In this document: one piece after another, positions 19,730 through 31,296 of the stretch
How the letters are laid out: every line of letters begins with the position of its first letter
Numbering within the stretch: position 1 is the first letter of the stretch
NCBI GenBank assembly: GCA_047975765.1
Contig: JBKEEF010000013.1
Span: 67,727 to 131,726 of the forward strand
Direction: 5' to 3'
Length of the DNA stretch: 64,000 nt
Origin: Alphaproteobacteria bacterium
Lineage (GTDB): Bacteria; Pseudomonadota; Alphaproteobacteria; RF32; CAG-239
The notes under the pieces: model-generated
The model's database searches: none
What the model saw: only the letters and a program-made list of their open reading frames with translations
What the model was told of the DNA's origin: nothing
Position numbers and translations under genes: made by a program

Positions 19730-21449
19730 AAGCTTTGAGCATGATTTCTGGTGATTTAATGCCAAGTAAATCTAGTAGAAGAACCATTACATCTCTGGTG
19801 AGTTTTGCAAGGTTCAATCTTGAAGCTGCAACTTCTTTGTTTTCTTCGCCCATAATTTGAGAAGCATTATAAAAGCTACTGAAGCTTTGTGCCAAATTAT
19901 AAGTATAATCAGAAAGAATACTCGGTTCAAATTCATCATATGCACGGTGAATTGTAGCATAAAATTGAAGAAGTTTGAGCGTGAGTTCTCTTTCTTCTGG
20001 ATTGGTAATAATTGTTTTTCCAAAGCCAAGACCACTTTCATCTGCTTTTCTTAAAATAGAGTTGATACGAGCAATTGCATACTGAATATATGGACCCGTT
20101 TTTCCTTCAAATTTTGCAAAATCATCAACTTCAAAAACATAACCAGAAGCAATGTTATTTTTCAAATCTTGGAATTTGATAGCAGCAATTGCTACTTCAT
20201 TCACTAAATTATCAATGTAGTCTTGAGAATATTCTTCTGAGGCTTTTGGCATAGATTCGCGAACTTTTTCTTTTGAAAGTTCAATCAAACTGCCCAAAGA
20301 CATCACGCCACCGTCACGTGTTTTGAAAGGTTTTCCATCAGAACCATTAACTGTTCCAAAACCAATATGTTTCAATTCCAGATTATTTGCAAGACCAAGT
20401 TTTTCAGCAGCTTCAAAAACTTGTTCAAAGTGAAATTCTTGTCTTTGGTCTGTGAAATAGACAATCTTATTTGCTTTCAAATCTCTTGTTCTAAGCAAGA
20501 TTGTTGCAATATCTGTTGTGTGATATGTAAAACCACCATCTCTTTTTACCAAAATGACTGGAGGTTTAGGCTTATTGCCTTCATCAAGACGAATAATGTT
20601 TGCACCATCATCAATTTCGGAAAGTCCCTTTGTTTCTGCTAGTTTAACAATTTCGGAAGAGGCATCATGCGCATCACTTTCACCCCACCAGAGACTGAAG
20701 TTTACATCAAGTTTTTCATAGTTACTACGAACATCATCTACGGAAACTTTGCGGATATACTCCCAAATTTTGCGATATTCTGCATTTCCATTTTGAAGTT
20801 CTGCAGTCACAATACGAGCTTTTTCTCTTGCTGTTTCATCTTCTTTGCATTTTGTGGTTGCTTCTTTGTAGATATTTGTGATGCCTTGAACATCCAAAGA
20901 AAAAGCATCAATTCCTTGGTTGGAGATTTCAGCAATGATCATGCCCATTGGAGTTCCCCAGTCGCCGAGGTGAACATCGGAGATGACGTTGTTTCCCATA
21001 AATTTTTCAATTCTCTGAACAGATTCACCAATCACGCCAGAACGCAGGTGTCCAACATGCATGGTTTTTGCCACATTTGGGCCGCCAAAATCAAGAATGA
21101 CTGTTTTAGATTCTTTTTCAGTTGGTACACCAAATCTTTTATCTTCTCCCATTTGATTAATAATAGAAGTAATAAAGTCGTTTTTCAAAGTGAGATTGAT
21201 AAAACCTGGGCCATCAATGGAAGTTTTTTCAATATCTGTATCTTTTTCAAGTTCAGCAACAATTTGAGTAGCAATTTCGCGTGGATTCTTCTTGAGTTCA
21301 CGTGTAAGAGCTAAAGCCCCATTACATTGAAAATCGCTCAAGTCAGGGCGGTCAGAGTTTTTTACAATTGCAAATTTTTCATTAAATCCAAGGCTTTTAA
21401 AAATATTTTCAAATTTTTGATTGATAATTTTCTCAACAGATAATTCCAT
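19728..21449 (-). CDS. argS: arginine--tRNA ligase
   Basis: 573 aa with a class I HIGH motif (MHVGHLRSGVIG) and an anticodon-binding C-terminus. Confidence 0.9.
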   Translation of the reverse strand: MELSVEKIINQKFENIFKSLGFNEKFAIVKNSDRPDLSDFQCNGALALTRELKKNPREIATQIVAELEKDTDIEKTSIDGPGFINLTLKNDFITSIINQMGEDKRFGVPTEKESKTVILDFGGPNVAKTMHVGHLRSGVIGESVQRIEKFMGNNVISDVHLGDWGTPMGMIIAEISNQGIDAFSLDVQGITNIYKEATTKCKEDETAREKARIVTAELQNGNAEYRKIWEYIRKVSVDDVRSNYEKLDVNFSLWWGESDAHDASSEIVKLAETKGLSEIDDGANIIRLDEGNKPKPPVILVKRDGGFTYHTTDIATILLRTRDLKANKIVYFTDQRQEFHFEQVFEAAEKLGLANNLELKHIGFGTVNGSDGKPFKTRDGGVMSLGSLIELSKEKVRESMPKASEEYSQDYIDNLVNEVAIAAIKFQDLKNNIASGYVFEVDDFAKFEGKTGPYIQYAIARINSILRKADESGLGFGKTIITNPEERELTLKLLQFYATIHRAYDEFEPSILSDYTYNLAQSFSSFYNASQIMGEENKEVAASRLNLAKLTRDVMVLLLDLLGIKSPEIMLKA

Positions 21450-21808
21450 TATTCTTTTCCTTCAGTATTTTTATCTTCTTCATTTTCGTAAACACATTTG
21501 TAGTAGATGTGATTTGGTAACATCAAACGGCAAGTGAAATAAGTCTGTTTTTCCATAACTGCTTTGTTACCAGTCTTTTGTTTGACACATTCTTCATCTG
21601 CCAATTTTTGAATGTCTTCAATGTCTGCTGTGAAATAATTATAGCAAATGGCAGGGTTTGTTGGAGTCGATTGTCCAACATAAAGTTTTGTCATATCTCT
21701 TTCGCCTGCATTTCGTCGTCGATCAACAAAAGGATCAAACAAGGAACAGCCACTCAAACCAATGAGAGTGAGTGAAAGGCATAAAACTTTAAATCTGGAC
21801 AATTTCAT
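21449..21808 (-). CDS. lipoprotein
   Basis: Lipobox LIGLSGC after the signal peptide, 119 aa. Confidence 0.55.
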   Translation of the reverse strand: MKLSRFKVLCLSLTLIGLSGCSLFDPFVDRRRNAGERDMTKLYVGQSTPTNPAICYNYFTADIEDIQKLADEECVKQKTGNKAVMEKQTYFTCRLMLPNHIYYKCVYENEEDKNTEGKE

Positions 21809-21826
21809 AAACTCCGCTATATATAT

Positions 21827-22471
21827 TTGTGTTTTTACAATTTATATATGAAGAAGAATAAAATGCAAAGTCAAAATAATTATATTGGTGATGATAAGTT
21901 CAAAAAACTATTAGAACATTATAATTGCCCAACTTCGGTTGAAGTGATTAAGATGAAGTTTTTAGGTGCAATTTGCAGTCCTAATCTTGAGCTTCGTCCA
22001 ACAGATGTCATCTCTTCTTTTTGGGAACAAGGAAAAGAGCCTCGCTTAGAAACCAAAGATGAGGCAGATTTGTTTTTCAAGTTTTTTATGGGACTTTGGG
22101 ACGAAATGTTTACTTTGATGAAAGAAAATAAAGTCAAGTTCGGAAAATCTAAATATAAGACAAAAGAAGAGTTTCTTACGCTTTGTGAACAGAGATTCCA
22201 AGAGATTGAACTAGGATTCGTTGAAGGATTCTGGGGTGGAAAAGATGATTTAGATATTCCTTCATATTTGGCAGAATTGATAGATTCTTTGACAAGCCTA
22301 GCAGAGGTTTATGTTACACTTGCCAAAAAAGTTTCAAAATTAGAAAATATGGATAAAAAAGTTCAAGATTCCTTTGAACATACTGACAGTATGGTGCTAA
22401 AAGGAATCAGTTTTATCATTGAAAATAGTGTACATCCAAGAATTGAAGAAATTTCTAGGACAGTCAATTAG
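21827..22471 (+). CDS. hypothetical protein
   Basis: 214-aa ORF. The start is ambiguous (21827, 21849 or 21860). Confidence 0.4.
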   Translation: MCFYNLYMKKNKMQSQNNYIGDDKFKKLLEHYNCPTSVEVIKMKFLGAICSPNLELRPTDVISSFWEQGKEPRLETKDEADLFFKFFMGLWDEMFTLMKENKVKFGKSKYKTKEEFLTLCEQRFQEIELGFVEGFWGGKDDLDIPSYLAELIDSLTSLAEVYVTLAKKVSKLENMDKKVQDSFEHTDSMVLKGISFIIENSVHPRIEEISRTVN

Positions 22472-22482
22472 GAGAAAATCTT

Positions 22483-23016
22483 ATGGATTTAATGCAAGGT
22501 CTTTTAACCCGTCGTTCTGTCAGAAAATATCAGGCAGATAAGAAAATACCACATCATGAATTGAAAGAAATTATCAAGGCAGCTCAATATTCTCCATCAG
22601 CACACAATTCTCAGCCATGGGAGTTTTTGGTGGTTGAAGACAAAGAAGATTTAGCAAAATTTAGAACACTTCAACGAGCTTCTCTTTTTGCAGAAGGTGC
22701 CTCTGCTGTGATTTTGGTTTGTGTTGACGAAACAAAATCTTTTAGTCGTGAAAAAGAAGGTTGGAGCTATGTAGATATTGATGGCTCATCTGCAACCTCA
22801 AATGTTTTGCATGCAGCACATGCACTAGGAATTGGAGCTTGTTGGTGTGGTTGTTCGCCAATGACAAAACCAATTGTTGATGTTAAAGAATATTTCAAAC
22901 TTCCTGAACATATTAGACCTTTTTCAATTGTGGTTTTGGGTTACCCTGAAGGGGAAGTTAGACAGCCAGAAACAAGATATGATGAAACGAAAATCCATTT
23001 TGGTAAATGGGAATAA
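22483..23016 (+). CDS. nitroreductase family protein
   Basis: LTRRSVRKY...AAQYSPSAHNSQPWEF typical of the FMN nitroreductase fold. Confidence 0.78.
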   Translation: MDLMQGLLTRRSVRKYQADKKIPHHELKEIIKAAQYSPSAHNSQPWEFLVVEDKEDLAKFRTLQRASLFAEGASAVILVCVDETKSFSREKEGWSYVDIDGSSATSNVLHAAHALGIGACWCGCSPMTKPIVDVKEYFKLPEHIRPFSIVVLGYPEGEVRQPETRYDETKIHFGKWE

Positions 23017-23104
23017 AAAAAATCGGAAGTTAAAGCTTCCGATTTTTTTTATTCCTAGCGATTGTTAAAATTTAACAAGGGCTTGGTAAGGATAACATAA
23101 GTTA

Positions 23105-23398
23105 TTAAATGCGACAGGTCCGCAGATTTGCCACCCTTCTTCGATTTTTTTTACAAACATTTTGCTCCAAAGGTGCAATAGCATGTTCTTTGAAAATGAG
23201 ATAATCTGCAAGTTCTTGCGATTGGTCTTCATAAGCAACAACTGTTTGGTGGGCAACTCTGGATTCATCAACAACAACATTTCCTACAGGAAGGTAAATA
23301 AGAGAATCTGCTTGTTTTTTTCCCAGAGCCTTCACTTTTTTCACAAGTTCTTCAATTTCTTTTGATGATAAAATTTTGTACCCGATTTCTTTTTTCAT
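23105..23398 (-). CDS. hypothetical protein
   Basis: 97-aa ORF. The true 3' end is uncertain. Confidence 0.3.
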   Translation of the reverse strand: MKKEIGYKILSSKEIEELVKKVKALGKKQADSLIYLPVGNVVVDESRVAHQTVVAYEDQSQELADYLIFKEHAIAPLEQNVCKKNRRRVANLRTCRI

Positions 23399-23589
23399 TT
23401 CTTTGGTTTTTTAATGTGGATAAACTAATATATAAATAATTATGATTCCCTAGGAATTTGAGGGAAATCTAAGAAACAGTCAAGTAAATTATGTGTAATA
23501 AAGTGAAATTTTTCTTGAATAATCTTCATTAAATGCTAGATTATTGGCGAATTTAGAATAAACCGTGCAGGGTTTCTGCATAAACATAA

Positions 23590-24618
<1,029 letters not shown>

Positions 24619-24692
24619 TCATAAAATTAATGACATAGGGGCAAAGCGATTTTGCCTCTATGTTTTTTATTTATAACTATTAAGGAATAAAC

Positions 24693-25934
24693 ATGAGTAA
24701 GTTTAGAACAATTGAAGATTTGGGAAATTTGAATGGTAAAGTAGTTATGCTTCGTGCAGACCTCAATGTTCCTGTAAATGAAAAATTTGAAGTTACCAAC
24801 ACAGCTCGTATTGACAGAACAGTTCCAACAATCAACGAATTGATGTCAAAAGGTGCTAAAGTTGTTGTTATCTCTCACTTCGGACGTCCTGAAGGCAAGG
24901 GTGATGAAGCAAACTCTTTGAAACACATTGTGAAAAATTTGGAAAAATCATTGGGCAAAAAAGTTGTTTTTGTTGATGATTGTATTGGTCCAAAAGTTGC
25001 TGATGCGATCAAAAATATGAGTGCTGATGAAGTTTTACTCTTGGAAAATCTTCGTTATTACAAAGAAGAAAGCAAAGGCGATGAAGGTTTTGCAAAAGAA
25101 CTCGTTGCTCCTGTTGATGCTTATGTTTCAGATGCTTTCTCAACAGCTCACCGTGCACATGCTTCTATGGTTGCTGCAGTTAAGTTGAAACCTGCCTCTT
25201 TTGGTCGTTTGATGGAAGAAGAAGTTAATGCGCTTGATGGTGCTTTGTCTAATCCAAAACGTCCATTAATGGCGATTGTTGGTGGTTCTAAAGTTTCTAC
25301 AAAATTAGATTTGCTTAACAATTTGGTTAAAAAAGTTGATAAGCTTGTAATTTCTGGTGGTATGGCTCATACATTTATGAAAGCTAGCGGAATTAATACA
25401 GTTAATGAAAAAAATTCTCTTGTTCAAATGGATATGTTGGACACTGCAAAAGAAATTATGGCAACAGCAAAAGCTAATAATTGCGAAATTATCTTGCCGG
25501 TTGATGTTGTTGTTTCTAAAGATTTCAAAGCAAATGCAGAGCACAAAACTGTTGGTCTTTCTGATATTCCTGCAGAAGGTTGGATTTTGATGGATGTTGG
25601 CGAAAAAACAATTGCTGCTATCAATTCTAAACTCGACGAATGCAAAACACTCGTTTGGAATGGACCTTTGGGTGTGTTTGAACTTCCTCCATTTGACACA
25701 GCAACAAATGAAGTTGCTCAATATGCAGGTAAATTGACTAAAGAAGGCAAACTGATGTCTGTAGGTGGTGGCGGTGACACTGTTTCAGCTTTGGAACATG
25801 CTGGTGTTGCTGAAGTATTCACGTATATTTCAACAGCTGGTGGTGCTTTCCTTGAATGGATGGAAGGTAAAGAGCTTCCTGGTGTTGTGGTTTTGAAAAA
25901 ACAGACAGTTTTGTCTAATAAAGCTTGCTTGTAA
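24693..25934 (+). CDS. pgk: phosphoglycerate kinase
   Basis: Conserved PGK segments (LRADLNVP, HFGRPEG, ENLRYYKEE, GGGDT) and gap-pgk synteny. Confidence 0.92.
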   Translation: MSKFRTIEDLGNLNGKVVMLRADLNVPVNEKFEVTNTARIDRTVPTINELMSKGAKVVVISHFGRPEGKGDEANSLKHIVKNLEKSLGKKVVFVDDCIGPKVADAIKNMSADEVLLLENLRYYKEESKGDEGFAKELVAPVDAYVSDAFSTAHRAHASMVAAVKLKPASFGRLMEEEVNALDGALSNPKRPLMAIVGGSKVSTKLDLLNNLVKKVDKLVISGGMAHTFMKASGINTVNEKNSLVQMDMLDTAKEIMATAKANNCEIILPVDVVVSKDFKANAEHKTVGLSDIPAEGWILMDVGEKTIAAINSKLDECKTLVWNGPLGVFELPPFDTATNEVAQYAGKLTKEGKLMSVGGGGDTVSALEHAGVAEVFTYISTAGGAFLEWMEGKELPGVVVLKKQTVLSNKACL

Positions 25935-26069
25935 ATAAGCTAATCGAAAGGGTTGTATAGAGATATATGACCCTTTTGTGACAAAAAAATATTTTCGACA
26001 AAAAAGATTGTGTTTTATTAAAAAATATGCTAAATATAATTTATTATCAATGAATTCAAGGAATTTGAC

Positions 26070-27992
26070 ATGGAAGAATTTAAAATTCAATCTCTTGCTA
26101 GCAATGATCCTCTTTCTGACACAGATAAACTAAATCTTTCTATGGATTATCTGGAAAAAACAGATCGTAGTTTGGATGAGTATTTGAAGTCTATTTCTGA
26201 AAATAATGTTGAGCATAATCGTAAGATTTATGCAACTTTTACATCTATTAAAAGTGATACATCATATGATGAAAAGTTTGGTAATACGAAGTTCAAACTC
26301 AAAGATAAGGACAATGAGCTGTATCTTGCAATTGAATTGTCTAAGCCAAGTACATGGAGTTTTGAAATTCATGATGGTAAAGTTTGCTTTCCTGAAAATG
26401 CAAATCCAGAACAATTGAAAGAAATGCTTTCTTTTTTAAGTGCTCGAGGTATTAAAAGTTTTAATCTTCCTACGAATTTACTGGAGCAGCAAAAAAAGAT
26501 TGAAGATGAAAAAAGACCTCTTGATAATGAAGATTTAAAGAGAGGAAATGTTCAAGAGTTTGAAAATAGATCTTCAGGTTCTTCCACTTCTGATTCTAAA
26601 GGAATTAGAAGAAAAGATTATGTCAATTCCATGAGAACTTGGTATGAGAAAAGTGGAAAGAGAAAAAATCAAAGTGCTTTCCATTCTTCTCGTATCATTG
26701 GTGGTTGGGATGTTTGGACAGTTTTTCCAAATGAAAATCGCAATAATATGAATATGCTTGGAAAAAGAGATAAAGATGGCAATATTAAGGTTAATATTGA
26801 GGCTCAAATCTTTGCTAGAATTAAAAGAGGAAAACTTCAAGTAGAATTCTATCTTCCACCTCAAGGTAAAATGACGCCAATGGTTGCAGAACAGTTGGTT
26901 GAACTTCATACAATGAATGGTGCTAAAAAAATCAAATTTACTGGTCTTTGTGATACAGATTTAAAAGAAGTTAGAATGGCATGTGGTAAAAAGATGGTTG
27001 TTCCAACAGGAATTGGTCTGAATATTGCACAAGTTCAAGAAATGTTACAAGAAGCTCGTAAAAAGAACAATATTGGTCCTGAAATCTTAGACTATGAAAG
27101 ACGTTTGGCTGAACAAATTAGAGAAAATGCTGAAAATAAAGGTTCTTCAATGAGCCAAACAGAAGCAAAATTTTATAATGATACAATGGAAAAAGTTAAC
27201 ATTGCAGCTTATAAATCAAAGTTTGAACAAGGTATTAATTCATTTTTAGCTAGTGTTGATAAAGCAGGAAGCAGTGTTTCAGATGTAATGGCATCAAGAT
27301 ATACAGCTGCAGATGTTTTTACAATTTATTCAAATGTTGTTAATTCAAATAAAGATAAAACAGTTAGGGGTGTTTTAGGACAAATTGAAGAAGTTAATGC
27401 ACGTTTTGGGGTTCAAGGAAAAGTTAAGGCTCAAGAGCAATATAATAATTTCATTAAAGCCGCTGGACTAAAGGGTAATGAAAAAATGGTTGATTTGGGA
27501 CCAGAGCAAATTGCAGCTTTATATGACTCTTTACGCCATTCTAGAAAAGTTACGGCTGAAAAAAGAATGGAAAAACTTTATCTTGATAATACACGTCATA
27601 ATTCAACAGATAATACGGACAGACTTGTTAAAACAGGGTTAGGAGAAGCTAATAAGTATTTTGATACATTCTTTAGTAAGGCTTATAGTGGTGTTGTTGA
27701 TAAGGAATATCCAATCATTCCTTCTTCTAATGAAGGGTTACCTTTTGATTTGCCTGATAATGTTAAAGAGCTTATTGAAGAGAAAAGAGTTGCAAAATTA
27801 GAAAATTCTGTGGCTAAGTCAGGTAATGAGGGTAGAAAAAATAACTATCAAACTAAAGTTAATCAAATTAACAGTAGTAAAGCTCCTGAGGCTAATACAA
27901 GCACTCAACAAGGGCAAAAGAATAAAACGAAACAAACTCAAGTTGATATGAGTCAAGTATATAATTCAACAAGAGGCGGTATTAATTCATAG
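26070..27992 (+). CDS. large low-complexity hypothetical protein (ORFan)
   Basis: 640 aa, K/N/E-rich, no signal peptide or transmembrane helix, no recognisable enzyme motifs. Followed by a terminator at 28001-28037. Confidence 0.5.
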   Translation: MEEFKIQSLASNDPLSDTDKLNLSMDYLEKTDRSLDEYLKSISENNVEHNRKIYATFTSIKSDTSYDEKFGNTKFKLKDKDNELYLAIELSKPSTWSFEIHDGKVCFPENANPEQLKEMLSFLSARGIKSFNLPTNLLEQQKKIEDEKRPLDNEDLKRGNVQEFENRSSGSSTSDSKGIRRKDYVNSMRTWYEKSGKRKNQSAFHSSRIIGGWDVWTVFPNENRNNMNMLGKRDKDGNIKVNIEAQIFARIKRGKLQVEFYLPPQGKMTPMVAEQLVELHTMNGAKKIKFTGLCDTDLKEVRMACGKKMVVPTGIGLNIAQVQEMLQEARKKNNIGPEILDYERRLAEQIRENAENKGSSMSQTEAKFYNDTMEKVNIAAYKSKFEQGINSFLASVDKAGSSVSDVMASRYTAADVFTIYSNVVNSNKDKTVRGVLGQIEEVNARFGVQGKVKAQEQYNNFIKAAGLKGNEKMVDLGPEQIAALYDSLRHSRKVTAEKRMEKLYLDNTRHNSTDNTDRLVKTGLGEANKYFDTFFSKAYSGVVDKEYPIIPSSNEGLPFDLPDNVKELIEEKRVAKLENSVAKSGNEGRKNNYQTKVNQINSSKAPEANTSTQQGQKNKTKQTQVDMSQVYNSTRGGINS

Positions 27993-28385
27993 TTTTATAT
28001 TTGTTTTCTTAAACATCCCTTTTCTTGGAAAAGGGATGTTTTTTTATGAATATCCTAGAACATAATCGCGTTAATGAGGGTGTTCTATATAAAAAAGTGT
28101 ATTTGTCATTAGTATTAGCTTGACTGAGAATCTATCTTTTTCTTTGTCATTCCCAACTTGATAGAATTCAGTGTATTATGGATACTCGGGTCAAGCCCGA
28201 GTATGACACTAAAAAACTCAGATATGATGATTAAAAAGGTTTCCAAAGTATGACAATTTTTTGTTGTTGTTTCCAGATTTTCACTCTATCATTCCCAACT
28301 TGATTGGGAATCCACCAGAATAAATAGCTGTAAGTTTGTAAAAACCCCGAGAGTATCGGGGTTTTAGAGGATTTTTTTCTAAAGA

Positions 28386-29840
28386 TTATCTTCTTGCAGA
28401 TTTTTTAGATTTGCCTTCAGCAAACATACTTTTATGATTACTTTTAAGCTCTGCAACAACAGCTTGGAATTTTTTCATACTGTTGCCAACCAAATTTTCA
28501 CCTGTTGCAGCTTTGATTGCTGTTGGGTTAACACGTTTTCCATTTTTAACCACTTCATAGTGAAGGTGAGCGCCTGTTGAACGTCCTGTATTACCTACAT
28601 AACCAATAATTTGTCCTTGTTTAACTCTTGTTCCACTACGGACACCTTTAGCAAAACTTTGCATGTGACCATAAGCTGTTGAATATTCAGAGTTGTGACG
28701 AATTTTGATATAGTTACCATAACCGCCATTATATTTTGCAACTTGAACGACACCATCCCCAGCAGCAAAGATTGCAGTTCCTCTAGGAGCGGCATAGTCT
28801 ACACCCCAGTGAATTCTTGTATCTTTATAAATTGGGTGACGTCTGCGTCCAAATGGAGACGAAATTCTAGCATTTTGGAAAGCTAAAGGTTTACGGTGAA
28901 GTGTTCTTTTTAAAGCAACACCTTTTTCATTATAATAGTCAACGTTTCCTTTAGAGCTTTCAAAACGGAAAAGTTCAATTTTATCATTATGAAGATTGAG
29001 TGCTGCATACAAAATGTTACCAGTCTTTACAACTTTTCCATTTTTATTGATTTTGTTTTCATAGATAATTTCAAACTTATCGCCATTTCTCAAATCTTTT
29101 CTAAAATCAATAGAATATGAGAAAATATTGATGAAGTTTGCAATAACTGTTCTAGGAACACCATTAGAATTCATAGCAGTTGAAAGGCTACCATTAACAG
29201 TCCCTGTTGCACTAACAACTTCTTCTATGAGTTCGTCTTCTTCAACTTGAACCTTATATTTATTCTCACCTTCTTTTTTAAGAATGATTCGTTTTGAATG
29301 TCCTTGAGAGATAATCATCTTTTCAAGAGAAACGAGTTCTTTATTGGATGTTTTTTCTAGAACTTCAAACTCAATATTTTGACCAACTTTGATGCTTCTT
29401 GGGTTGAATTTACTTTTGAGTGTAGAAACAATTGTGTGAGCCTCATTTGTATTAACACCAATTTTTTGGGTTAAAATTCCAATAAAATGATCGCCTTTAC
29501 CAACTTCTACAGATTTTTTAACAAGTTCTTCAGTTTTTTGAGCTTCTGGTTTCTTTTCTTTTTTGCTATCAGACTTGATGAGAACTTTAAGGTTGTCTAA
29601 GATTCCGAATTCATTATCAACGTAATTATTATTAATATTGATAAGTGCAATTTCTTCAGCTTCTTGGTCAAGCATATTAATATAATCAATAGAATCAGTA
29701 GAAACCGACGCAATAACATTATTATTGTTTGTTGTAGATAAAACAAAAGCAAAAATAATTGCAGCGGCATAGCCCATTGCAATAAATCTTGGTTTGTGTT
29801 TGTTTTTAATCTTAATATTAAATTTCTTAGTTAATCTCAT
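28386..29840 (-). CDS. M23 family metallopeptidase with N-terminal membrane anchor
   Basis: C-terminal HxxxD and HxH motifs (HWGVDYAAPRGT...GNTGRSTGAHLHYEV). Confidence 0.82.
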   Translation of the reverse strand: MRLTKKFNIKIKNKHKPRFIAMGYAAAIIFAFVLSTTNNNNVIASVSTDSIDYINMLDQEAEEIALININNNYVDNEFGILDNLKVLIKSDSKKEKKPEAQKTEELVKKSVEVGKGDHFIGILTQKIGVNTNEAHTIVSTLKSKFNPRSIKVGQNIEFEVLEKTSNKELVSLEKMIISQGHSKRIILKKEGENKYKVQVEEDELIEEVVSATGTVNGSLSTAMNSNGVPRTVIANFINIFSYSIDFRKDLRNGDKFEIIYENKINKNGKVVKTGNILYAALNLHNDKIELFRFESSKGNVDYYNEKGVALKRTLHRKPLAFQNARISSPFGRRRHPIYKDTRIHWGVDYAAPRGTAIFAAGDGVVQVAKYNGGYGNYIKIRHNSEYSTAYGHMQSFAKGVRSGTRVKQGQIIGYVGNTGRSTGAHLHYEVVKNGKRVNPTAIKAATGENLVGNSMKKFQAVVAELKSNHKSMFAEGKSKKSARR

Positions 29841-29990
29841 ATATTTAGTCTCTTAATCGCAAAAAAAATACTTACACCAACATATATAACTTTTTTTAAA
29901 ATACAACATAAAAAGTTGTTTTGCTATACTATATTTAGTGAGACTATAACCTTAGTATTAAAAAAAATATAATTTTATTGAAAAAAGTTC

Positions 29991-30019
29991 TTGCAATTAT
30001 AAATTTTGCCCTGTATAAG
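29991..30019 (+). promoter_or_regulatory. sigma-70-type promoter for tRNA-Asp
   Basis: TTGCAA-N17-TATAAG, ending about 18 nt before the tRNA 5' end. Confidence 0.45.
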
Positions 30020-30037
30020 GGTTAACGAAACGACATT

Positions 30038-30114
30038 GGGGGTGTAGCTCAGTTGGTTAGAGTGCTTGCCTGTCACGCAAGAAGTCGCGGGTTCGAGCCC
30101 CGTCACTCCCGCCA
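30038..30114 (+). tRNA. tRNA-Asp (anticodon GTC)
   Basis: 77-nt cloverleaf folded by hand: GGGGGTG acceptor stem, anticodon loop CTGTCAC, T-loop TTCGAGC, encoded CCA. Confidence 0.9.
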
Positions 30115-30147
30115 TTCAAAGCCTTGCTTTTGCAAGGCTTTTTGTTT

Positions 30148-31296
30148 TCATTCTGACTTTTTATTTTTCTCATTCTGACTTTTTACATATTCAACTAATT
30201 TATTTGTTGCAGTAAGTCCTATTTTTTCAGTTGGGCTTTTGTATGTGCTATTAAACATTTTTTCGCTTTCGTGACCTGTTATTACGATTGCAGCAGCACT
30301 TGTGACACCAGCTTCTATATATGCAGTGCTTCCAGAATGTCGCATTAGTCTGAAGGTATAGTTAAACCCTAGTTCTTGACAAACATTTCTAAAGTAATCT
30401 TGAAAACGTCTGACTGTGAAATCTCCAAAATCATCACAAATGATGAAATCTTTTTTAGATAATATTTCTCTTTCCAGATGTTTTGGTACAGGAAGAATTA
30501 CTTTCTTGCCTAGTCTTTCCATTTTGTTTTGAATTATGCTAAAGAAATAATGGCCATCTTTTTTGTAAAGGTCATCTTTTCTTAGTTTTAACACATCAGC
30601 TGGCCTTTGAGCAAAATATAAATCAAGTTCAGTTCCTAGCGCTATTGCTCTATATGCTTCCGCTTTGTTTTTATATTTTTCATCTTCAGCCATTTCTTTA
30701 GCTTTATTAATAATTGCATGAACATCTTCAATTGGAATATATAGTTTTTCTGGTTTTTTTCTTCTTATTCTCATATTCTCAAAAGGATTTTTCTTTGAAA
30801 GTCTTTCTTTTCTTAGTCCAAAATTGTATATTAACCTTAGAAAATCCATACAGTTTTTAGCCCATCTTTCTTTTATTTCTTCAACCAGATTTTCATATAG
30901 TTTATATGCGATGTCATAATTGAATAAATCTAAAGGAGTGTCGCTTAACATTACTCCTTTTTTGTTTTTCTTTTTTGAAAGAATTTTATAAGCATTTTCA
31001 TAATCTTTCTTTGTTCTTGCTGCTAAATCTTTGTAAAAACGGCTATCAATATATATTGTCCAGAGATAGGATAGAGATTTATTGATGATTAGATCTTTTT
31101 TGTTTCTAAATTCTTTAATCTCTTTATTTAGTTTTTCAGCTTTTGCGTATGCTTCCCACTTTCCAGAGCCAAGTGGAATTGACTTTCTTATTTCTAAACC
31201 TTCAGGAACAAGGCGAGCAGGCATAACGAAGTAATAAGATATTACTCCGTTAGCAAGTTTCTTTTCTTGAACATATTTAGGTTTATCTCTTTTCAT
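30148..31296 (-). CDS. int: tyrosine-type site-specific integrase
   Basis: 382 aa. The C-terminal catalytic region contains LMRHSGSTAYIEAGV and HESEKMFNSTY (R-H-R-Y type). Confidence 0.9.
   Translation of the reverse strand: MKRDKPKYVQEKKLANGVISYYFVMPARLVPEGLEIRKSIPLGSGKWEAYAKAEKLNKEIKEFRNKKDLIINKSLSYLWTIYIDSRFYKDLAARTKKDYENAYKILSKKKNKKGVMLSDTPLDLFNYDIAYKLYENLVEEIKERWAKNCMDFLRLIYNFGLRKERLSKKNPFENMRIRRKKPEKLYIPIEDVHAIINKAKEMAEDEKYKNKAEAYRAIALGTELDLYFAQRPADVLKLRKDDLYKKDGHYFFSIIQNKMERLGKKVILPVPKHLEREILSKKDFIICDDFGDFTVRRFQDYFRNVCQELGFNYTFRLMRHSGSTAYIEAGVTSAAAIVITGHESEKMFNSTYKSPTEKIGLTATNKLVEYVKSQNEKNKKSE

Noticed and set aside
30147-30187. Direct repeat CATTCTGACTTTTTA x2 next to the tRNA-Asp as candidate att core
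   Set aside because: It lies inside the 3' end of the integrase coding sequence and is not repeated elsewhere in the window. The true attL should overlap the tRNA 3' end, and attR is beyond the window.
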